Shown here piece after piece: positions 34,902 to 41,288 of a stretch of DNA of 47,961 nucleotides (within the stretch, counting starts at the first letter, position 1; every line of letters begins with the position of its first letter). Source of the stretch: a virus (Duplodnaviria > Caudoviricetes); IMG/VR virus record IMGVR_UViG_3300042868_005023, positions 1 to 47,961 of that record; one strand, 5' to 3'. Made by a program: the position numbers and the translations under genes. Under the pieces are notes generated by a model. That model saw only the letters and a program-made list of their open reading frames with translations, was not told the DNA's origin and did not search any database.

Positions 34902-35047
34902 TTCGCCACCTTGTTTAAATTTTTACCTTTATCGGCAGCGGCAAACTCTTTACCTACTGCTTGCGGAACGCCCGCTTTCTTTGCAAATTTAGGACTGTGA
35001 GCTATTGCCCGCATAAAATCTGCTTGTTTCTTTGATTTACTTGGCAC
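34880..35047 (-). CDS. 55-aa basic protein MPSKSKKQADFMRAIAHSPKFAKKAGVPQ..., absent from ORF track; may fuse to 34161..34901 by -1 frameshift
   Basis: Manual translation from GTG 35047; overlaps upstream stop. Confidence 0.7.
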   Translation of the reverse strand: MPSKSKKQADFMRAIAHSPKFAKKAGVPQAVGKEFAAADKGKNLNKVAKWLRNLI

Positions 35048-35303
35048 CGCATTTCCACCTTTTTAAAGATGCTGCTTTTCGTGTAGGTTTACCACTTTCA
35101 TCCTTCATAGGACCCGGCATACCTGACATTCTAGCACAGAATGATTTCTTTCGTGGGCCGCCACTAGGTTGAGGAGCCTTTAAATTAGAGCCTGTAGCAT
35201 TGTTATGCTTAGCTCTACCTTTAGCTGTTAATCCCGCACCTTTAGATACTGGAAGTTTTTCCCCTCTACCAACTGACAATACTGGAGCTTTTTTAGTAGC
35301 CAT
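35037..35303 (-). CDS. Conserved basic phage protein (DUF6321-like)
   Basis: GLTAKGRAK.N...NLKAP...RKKSFCARM...WKC. Confidence 0.7.
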   Translation of the reverse strand: MATKKAPVLSVGRGEKLPVSKGAGLTAKGRAKHNNATGSNLKAPQPSGGPRKKSFCARMSGMPGPMKDESGKPTRKAASLKRWKCGAK

Positions 35304-35560
35304 TAGTGCCTTATTATGTCAATTATCCAAGATACACCAGCACCAACCGTAGCACCAACACCTCCGATCATCATGAACATACGCCATCCACCTTTAGCTT
35401 CAGATAAAGTCTTACTGATCTCTCTTATGGATTCTTTTATTTCATCCATATCTTTAACCATCTTATCCATATCCAATTGCAAATGCCTTATATCTGCACC
35501 ATGTTCAGCTAATTCTCTAGCCGTTCTTACTTCTGGGTCGGAAGATCTTAGATGTTCCAT
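35303..35560 (-). CDS. Coiled-coil protein with C-terminal TM helix (XhlA/holin-like)
   Basis: Heptad pattern then GGWR and hydrophobic tail. Confidence 0.55.
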   Translation of the reverse strand: MEHLRSSDPEVRTARELAEHGADIRHLQLDMDKMVKDMDEIKESIREISKTLSEAKGGWRMFMMIGGVGATVGAGVSWIIDIIRH

Positions 35561-35563
35561 AAC

Positions 35564-35857
35564 TTAGCCATATATAACAGTAACGCCAGTTGGAACAACA
35601 GCTGTAGCGGTATACCAAACACCATTTGGAAAAAGAATACCTTCGCCGGGAAGAATTACATTTGCAGTATTAGAATTTGTACCTGTATCAAGTTCCAACA
35701 ATACAGTGCCGCCAGATGCATCTAAAAATTTAGCAGCTCCCGTTCCAATACCACCAGTTAAAACAACAGCTTTAATACGAACTCGCCCTGAAATCAACGC
35801 TTGATTTGTTTGCGCCCCGCCTGTATGGACGCTTTTGACGTCTGTTTGCATACTCAT
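35564..35857 (-). CDS. Small virion structural protein
   Basis: MQTDVK.....IPGEGILF..G pattern; GGAG SD. Confidence 0.65.
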   Translation of the reverse strand: MSMQTDVKSVHTGGAQTNQALISGRVRIKAVVLTGGIGTGAAKFLDASGGTVLLELDTGTNSNTANVILPGEGILFPNGVWYTATAVVPTGVTVIYG

Positions 35858-35947
35858 AATTAATCTCCTAAAGTAAAGTTAAGGGCAGTATTGAGGATAC
35901 TTATTTAAGCACAACGACCTTCAGCTGTGTGCCCCTTAGACTAATTA

Positions 35948-36406
35948 TTATGCAGAAGCAGGAACTTCAGCGCCAGTAGATGTTTTTTGCACGTAATTTA
36001 TAGTAATAAAACCAGCACCTGCAGTTGCAGTAGTGCCAGCCATAGTTACAACTATTTGCATATCAGTAGTTCCAACATTACTCATAGCTGTAAGTTGGGC
36101 TGAAGTTAGTGTTAGAGCTTGGCGACCAGCTGTTGGAGTGGTTATTGCAGTTACATAAGCTGCTGCTGTTGTGCTATTGCCTACCGCTAATGTTGCACCT
36201 GTAGTAAAGGTGGTAGTAACATCGATAAAAATGTTTAAGATTTGAGAACCAGCGGGAAGTACGAAAGGAGTAGCGGTTGTTAAACCTAAGTTTGCAGTTT
36301 GAGATAAAACAACAACACCTGTGTTATCAATATAACCAACAGTTGTGCCAGTAGTATCTTTAACAGTACCTGCGCGGACTGGCCCTGAAAATGTAGTAAA
36401 TGCCAT
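35948..36406 (-). CDS. Putative capsid decoration/minor head protein (start revised from 36421 to 36406)
   Basis: AAGGA SD before MAFTTFSGPVRAG; LPAGSQI motif; follows capsid. Confidence 0.65.
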   Translation of the reverse strand: MAFTTFSGPVRAGTVKDTTGTTVGYIDNTGVVVLSQTANLGLTTATPFVLPAGSQILNIFIDVTTTFTTGATLAVGNSTTAAAYVTAITTPTAGRQALTLTSAQLTAMSNVGTTDMQIVVTMAGTTATAGAGFITINYVQKTSTGAEVPASA

Positions 36407-36411
36407 TTTGA

Positions 36412-36493
36412 TTTCCTTCATAGAAAGTCTAAGCTTAGTAGTCTTCTATGCGTCAGCGGGGGCTGTCTACTAAGCCGGATTGTTCCCCGGTAT
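36412..36493 (-). ncRNA. Candidate structured cis-regulatory RNA leader with pseudoknots
   Basis: GCTTAGTAG/CTACTAAGC 9-bp stem, CAGC-CCCC-GCTG hairpin, CCGG/CCGG hairpin, CATAGAA/TTCTATG pairing next to SD. Confidence 0.55.
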
Positions 36494-36499
36494 GTTGTA

Positions 36500-36528
36500 C
36501 TTATACTCCACTTTATTTAGTCTTGCAA
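36500..36528 (-). promoter_or_regulatory. Sigma70-like promoter TTGCAA-N17-TATAAG
   Basis: Sequence and spacing; predicted start just before the structured leader. Confidence 0.45.
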
Positions 36529-37095
36529 GTTTATTTTGTTAGACTTTTTGCTATTCTCTTCACGAGTTATAACTGCTAAATTCCAAGGCACATGTAGCCC
36601 ACTAACAAGCTCACCACGAAGCGGTACAATATGGTCTACAGCATAAGGTACTCCAGTAACTTTACTAACCAACATAGCATCTAAATAAAACTGTTTGATC
36701 TGTGCTTTATGCTCTTGTGTGAGCCATTTGGGGGTCGCTTGTTTGTGCTTTGTTCTGCGGTGTTTGCTGTTAGCTATTACTAACTCAGGGTTGGCGGCTT
36801 TCCATGTTTTTCTATACTTTATAATATCTTCAGGCTTTCTACTCAAAGCCCTTAGTTTTACAACCTCTTTATTATTCTCATAGTATTTTTTACCTGCTTT
36901 TTTACTAGCTTCTGATTTTGGTAGTAGTGCACGTTTTGCATTGGTTTCTTCCCACTCTAGTTTTAGACATTCTACACACGACCCTTTAGTTTTACGTAGT
37001 GCTATGTGACCGTGTTTACAAGGAAGCCCTGTAAAGTAATGAGTTGCTTTGGTTTCTTTAGCTTCTTTACGGGTTGTTGGGTATTGGCTGTACAT
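36517..37095 (-). CDS. HNH homing endonuclease (start revised from 37161 to 37095)
   Basis: YFTG.PCKHGH...CVEC; ATPKW; VDHIVPL.G..VSGLHVPWNL......N..KSN; AGGA SD. Confidence 0.9.
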   Translation of the reverse strand: MYSQYPTTRKEAKETKATHYFTGLPCKHGHIALRKTKGSCVECLKLEWEETNAKRALLPKSEASKKAGKKYYENNKEVVKLRALSRKPEDIIKYRKTWKAANPELVIANSKHRRTKHKQATPKWLTQEHKAQIKQFYLDAMLVSKVTGVPYAVDHIVPLRGELVSGLHVPWNLAVITREENSKKSNKINLQD

Positions 37096-37129
37096 GATAT
37101 TATCCTGTTTTGGTTTCGTTACAGGTAAT

Positions 37130-37157
37130 AGTATATAGTCTTTTTTAAAAATAGCAA
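37130..37157 (-). promoter_or_regulatory. Sigma70-like promoter TTGCTA-N16-TATACT just after capsid terminator
   Basis: Sequence match and position. Confidence 0.45.
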
Positions 37158-37161
37158 GCAT

Positions 37162-37187
37162 AAAAAAGGGCCTCCGAAGAAGCCCTT
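37162..37187 (-). terminator. Rho-independent terminator after major capsid gene
   Basis: AAGGGCTTC-TTCG-GAGGCCCTT with C(UUCG)G loop and U tract. Confidence 0.9.
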
Positions 37188-37212
37188 AATTTACTTTAAG
37201 TGCCTGATTTTA

Positions 37213-38121
37213 CTAGGCACCAGCAGAACCGTACATAGATAGAGGATCACTATAGCCGAAAGAATAACGCTCACGACTTCTATAACGAACGTTGCCCGTG
37301 TCGAAATCTCCTGACATGTCATTAGTAATAGGAGCACGAACAAAATGCTTCATACCATTTGGCACATCAGTAGTTAAGAACCAACCATTACTGTCAGTCA
37401 AGAAGTGATTGATAGCATAACCTTGTGGAATAGAACCATTGTTTTTCAATGCGTTGATATCATTGTCAGCAGTTCCTACACGTTGTTCGGTTTCCAACAA
37501 ACGAGTTGCAACGAATTGCAATGCAGGTGGAACGATCAACTTTTTAGGTTTAGCAGCAATCAACAGACCACGTTCATCAGTCCATGCAGCGATTTGAATA
37601 ACAGCCGCTTCCAAAGAAGTTTCGTTTAAATCAGCAGGAGTAGAAGGAACGTTACTGTTAGTAGCGCCATTAACTAATGGGTGAGCAGATGAAAACAAAG
37701 ACACGCCGTCACCACCAACATAAGCTGAAGAGAAGCCATTGTTTAATACAGCAGCTGCTTTAACTTGTTTAGTGTAAGACATAGCACGAGCTAGGCCTTT
37801 AGTATAACGAGCAGACAACGAATCATACAAGTTATCTTCAATAGCTTCTTCAGTTAATGAGAAACCTAAAGCAATAGTTTCGTGGTTATAGCGAGCAGTC
37901 CAAGCTTCTTGAGCATTGTCATAAGCGATGGCTGAGCCTTCGTTTTTAACAGGAGCTGCAGAGAAACCAGACAATTTTGTTTCTTCTTCAAATGAACGCT
38001 CAGAAGATTCAGTTTCATAAATTTCTTTATGTTCTTCACCATAACGAGCATATTCCAAACCAAACAGAGCATTCAAACCCGGTAATAGTTCTTTTAATAG
38101 TTGTGCACGTGAAATAGCCAT
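37213..38121 (-). CDS. Major capsid protein
   Basis: MAISRAQLLKELLPGLNALFG, TEEAIEDNLY, RERYSFG.SDP; position and strong terminator. Confidence 0.9.
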   Translation of the reverse strand: MAISRAQLLKELLPGLNALFGLEYARYGEEHKEIYETESSERSFEEETKLSGFSAAPVKNEGSAIAYDNAQEAWTARYNHETIALGFSLTEEAIEDNLYDSLSARYTKGLARAMSYTKQVKAAAVLNNGFSSAYVGGDGVSLFSSAHPLVNGATNSNVPSTPADLNETSLEAAVIQIAAWTDERGLLIAAKPKKLIVPPALQFVATRLLETEQRVGTADNDINALKNNGSIPQGYAINHFLTDSNGWFLTTDVPNGMKHFVRAPITNDMSGDFDTGNVRYRSRERYSFGYSDPLSMYGSAGA

Positions 38122-38134
38122 ATATTATTACTCC

Positions 38135-38992
38135 TTATGCAGCGTAATAGTTGTGAACGCCGAAGTTCAATTTCACCAATACTTCAGGTGATTGAATCAA
38201 GGCAATAGTAGTACCTGCAGTAGGTGTAGTTGTTACAGCAGCACTGATAGTCAATGTAGTGTTACCTGTAGTAGTTACAGTAGCAGCTGTTGCTACGTTA
38301 GCACCAACACCTAATTGCTGTAATTGACCACCAACTAATTGCGCAATATCAGTACCAACTGGAATAATTGTTCCAACAGGTAAACCAGATACTACAAAAG
38401 AAGTTGTAGTAGTACTAACAAATACGCAAGAAGTACTAACTTGTGTATCAGGAACAAGGTTCAAAATACGGAATGTACCACCAGAACCTACAGCAAGTGT
38501 AGTGTTTGCAGCAACTAAACCAATACCTGAATTGCCAGTAGATGTGCTACCAACTGGAGTATTGATTGTAGCGTTCAAACCAATCATTGCTGTTGGGAAT
38601 GAAGATATTACGTTAGATGAAGCACTTGCAACAGCAACAGCTTTAAATACAGTATCAGGATCATCACAAACAATTGCAACAGCATCGCCAGCAAGAGTGC
38701 CAGAAGGCCAGTATTGTGAAAACAGTTTTTGCTTAGTAGTTGGGTTAGTATAAGAACAACCCAAGAAAACGCCAACAGTGCCTTTCAAACCCAATGAAGT
38801 GCTAGTAGCACTCAAAGTAATGAAACCAGCATTGCCAGTAGCTGTGCCAATAGTTACCAAATCACCATAAAAGATGTTAGATGCGTAGCCATATGCAATA
38901 GGCAAGTTACGAGTGGAGCCAGCAAAAACCTGACCTCCAATCAAGTTTACGGGTTTTAAGCCGTATGGTGCACTTACAGTAGGGTAAGCCAT
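38135..38992 (-). CDS. Capsid-associated (cement/decoration) protein
   Basis: APYGLKPV, IF.GD.V, GVF.GC.Y, V.DDPD; between scaffold region and capsid. Confidence 0.65.
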   Translation of the reverse strand: MAYPTVSAPYGLKPVNLIGGQVFAGSTRNLPIAYGYASNIFYGDLVTIGTATGNAGFITLSATSTSLGLKGTVGVFLGCSYTNPTTKQKLFSQYWPSGTLAGDAVAIVCDDPDTVFKAVAVASASSNVISSFPTAMIGLNATINTPVGSTSTGNSGIGLVAANTTLAVGSGGTFRILNLVPDTQVSTSCVFVSTTTTSFVVSGLPVGTIIPVGTDIAQLVGGQLQQLGVGANVATAATVTTTGNTTLTISAAVTTTPTAGTTIALIQSPEVLVKLNFGVHNYYAA

Positions 38993-39014
38993 TTAAACCT
39001 CCAAAAAGAGAATA

Positions 39015-39461
39015 TTATTGTCTGCCAAATGATGTTGTAGATTTTCGCTCATTAAATAGCGGCATCCTTGGATCGCTTTGGCGCATTAAATTATTATCTA
39101 CCGCTTCTGTTTGAGACTGTGTTTGGTTATTAACATACGCAGTACGTTGCTCAATAAACTCAACAGGTGTCTTACATAACAATAAACCGCCAATTTCTAT
39201 GTTGTCACTAAAGCGACTTGTAGGATCGACTAACAGTTGCATTTTTGGTTGTTCCGAAACACTAACAGGCTCCCAACCTTCTCTCAGTTTTGCTGACAAG
39301 TTTCGTGGGTCAGCCGCATTTAGCGTTGACGTTCTAATCCATCTGTACGCGTAACCTGGTTGCTTATCCGGTTCAGGAAGAAGCTCAGCTGGCGCCCACT
39401 GCTTAGGACGAGCTGAAGTATCACGTGTTTGGGTGTCTCTATTTAATCTGTTCTCAGCCAT
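39015..39461 (-). CDS. Conserved head-module protein
   Basis: PGYAYRWIR, EGWEPV, GGLLLCK. Confidence 0.7.
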   Translation of the reverse strand: MAENRLNRDTQTRDTSARPKQWAPAELLPEPDKQPGYAYRWIRTSTLNAADPRNLSAKLREGWEPVSVSEQPKMQLLVDPTSRFSDNIEIGGLLLCKTPVEFIEQRTAYVNNQTQSQTEAVDNNLMRQSDPRMPLFNERKSTTSFGRQ

Positions 39462-39462
39462 C

Positions 39463-40416
39463 TTAGGCCTCCAATTTGGTTAGTTCACGGGCGTATTGTT
39501 CATTAGTTAATCCAAATTTCTTGGCTAATGCAACTTGCGTCTTGCTAAGCGACACCTTTTTAGGGGCGGTGCTTCTTTTTGCAGAGGCTACTACCGTGCT
39601 AAGTTTTGATGTACGCTGAGTTTTTGGCTCATCGTTTGAATCGTTAAATTCTTCTGGGAATCTACGAGCAACTTCTCTATCGATATGTTTATAATATTCA
39701 TCAGTTCCGATGAACTTTTCACCATAAGTTTCTAAGAGGTCTTCGTGTACACCGACAGCGAATCTACTCATAGCTTTCTTACTTGGATCTACATACCACG
39801 GATTTTCGGCTACCCATTCCGCTGCCTTTGGGTCTTGCTGCTGTGCAGCACGTTGCTGCTTTGGTAATATTTGTGCACCATCGTCGGTATTTTTAACAGT
39901 AGGCCTGAAATTATTAGCTTTGTCAAGCTTATTTGTTGCTCTCATCAATTCAGCTTGCGCTTCAATGATTGCATCAGTGTTTCCATAATCATAAGCTTCT
40001 TTATAATTACGTTTAGCTTTTTCAACTTCTAACTCAGCAGATGATTGATAAGTGCTTATTAATTCCTTTTCTCCTGATTCAAGAAGCGCCTTAAGTTGTT
40101 TATTTTCATCTAGTATTTTTTGAGCAACAGCTAGAGCTTCTTCCTGTTCACGGTAGGCTTCTTCTTTTGCTCTACGTTCGTCATGCCAAGCTTTTTTATA
40201 TTGTTTAAACTTAGTTTGAACTTTACCTGAATAGTCATCAGAACTATCTGCTTCTTCTAATTCATTAACTATTTCTTTAGGCAATGGTGGTCTAGCATTT
40301 CTATCTGCTGGAGGCGTATCATCTTTAATTTCAATTTCAATACCATCAATATCTAGTTCTACATCCCCACCAGCCTCATCAGGGAACTCATAATCATCTG
40401 CTTCGTACTTAGCCAT
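39463..40416 (-). CDS. Putative capsid scaffolding protein
   Basis: Acidic N-terminus, long coiled coil, W...NPW, C-terminal Q.ALAKKFGL..EQYA. Confidence 0.7.
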   Translation of the reverse strand: MAKYEADDYEFPDEAGGDVELDIDGIEIEIKDDTPPADRNARPPLPKEIVNELEEADSSDDYSGKVQTKFKQYKKAWHDERRAKEEAYREQEEALAVAQKILDENKQLKALLESGEKELISTYQSSAELEVEKAKRNYKEAYDYGNTDAIIEAQAELMRATNKLDKANNFRPTVKNTDDGAQILPKQQRAAQQQDPKAAEWVAENPWYVDPSKKAMSRFAVGVHEDLLETYGEKFIGTDEYYKHIDREVARRFPEEFNDSNDEPKTQRTSKLSTVVASAKRSTAPKKVSLSKTQVALAKKFGLTNEQYARELTKLEA

Positions 40417-40673
40417 TAGCTATTGCTCCTTTCTTCTTCAAGACTATATTCATAGTCGTTACGGATGAGTTGATCGTCACGAGTAGCTTTACCCGCCCAC
40501 ATGTAACACTCTTCTAAAGAAGTAAGTGCTAAAGATATGTATCTGGTATTAGTTAAAGTCCATAACTTATCTTCTACAGCGGTAAATAACAATTTAAGTT
40601 GCGCTTGATGGGCTTTAGCTTCTTCATCATACGCTATGTAATCAAATCTACTTAGTATGCTCTGCTTTCTCAT
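40416..40673 (-). CDS. Acb2/Tad1-like helical hairpin protein, candidate anti-defence sponge (start revised from 40736 to 40673)
   Basis: RYISLALTSLEECYMWAGKA resembles RxxSLAxTxLEExxMW; AAGGA SD. Confidence 0.6.
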   Translation of the reverse strand: MRKQSILSRFDYIAYDEEAKAHQAQLKLLFTAVEDKLWTLTNTRYISLALTSLEECYMWAGKATRDDQLIRNDYEYSLEEERSNS

Positions 40674-40683
40674 CTTTTTTCCT

Positions 40684-41100
40684 TTATACTCTGGAGATAC
40701 CGCGAGGATCAAGAACAACACCCTCAACACTATCATCGTTAATCATGCGCATCTCTGTACCATGTATCTTTAGCCGAGTGCCAGCGTTAGGTCTTACAAG
40801 GACAAAATCCCCAACTTTGCACCAAGGGCCAGAAGGAAAACGGTCTTTGTCACCATAGCAATCAGGGCCCATAGCCACAACAAACAACACAGTAGCCAAA
40901 AGACCTTCATGCCGCAAAGTTTCATCAGCTTTAAGAAGTCCACTCTCATATTCTTTCTCCACTTCAGGTAATGCGCATAGTATACGATACCCTGTTGGTG
41001 TTGGTAATTGAGTTGCCTTTTCCTCATTAGTAGCTGACAGGTCTACAGAACCTACCACCTTTGGATTGTTTGGGTTAGACCCAATTAAGATTTTACTCAT
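40684..41100 (-). CDS. groES: GroES-like co-chaperonin
   Basis: PTGYRIL, mobile loop ESGLL, VVAMGP, CKVGD.VL, R.INDD.V.GVV. Confidence 0.88.
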   Translation of the reverse strand: MSKILIGSNPNNPKVVGSVDLSATNEEKATQLPTPTGYRILCALPEVEKEYESGLLKADETLRHEGLLATVLFVVAMGPDCYGDKDRFPSGPWCKVGDFVLVRPNAGTRLKIHGTEMRMINDDSVEGVVLDPRGISRV

Positions 41101-41288
41101 TCGTCTTCAAACTCCAGTTTCTTAGTTAGTACTTCTATGGCATTTCGTGCTTGGTCTAGTCCTTGGATTTGTCCGCATATGTATTTATACTGACTATAAT
41201 CTTCAGCTCTACCAGACGCTAACGCTTGTGTTAATAACGCTACTCTGTCATCAATTTGTTTAAATAGGATAATTGCTTCTTTATCCAT
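41097..41288 (-). CDS. Small conserved head-module protein
   Basis: L..G...DY..YK..CG.IQGL; coupled to portal. Confidence 0.7.
   Translation of the reverse strand: MDKEAIILFKQIDDRVALLTQALASGRAEDYSQYKYICGQIQGLDQARNAIEVLTKKLEFEDE

Noticed and set aside
35875-35945. Possible hairpin (AAGGGGCA...TGCCCTT) after the decoration gene
   Set aside because: Imperfect pairing, long loop and no U tract; cannot be called a terminator or RNA element
31459-37161. Group I introns or inteins around the HNH genes
   Set aside because: Flanking genes appear complete; terminase and capsid are uninterrupted
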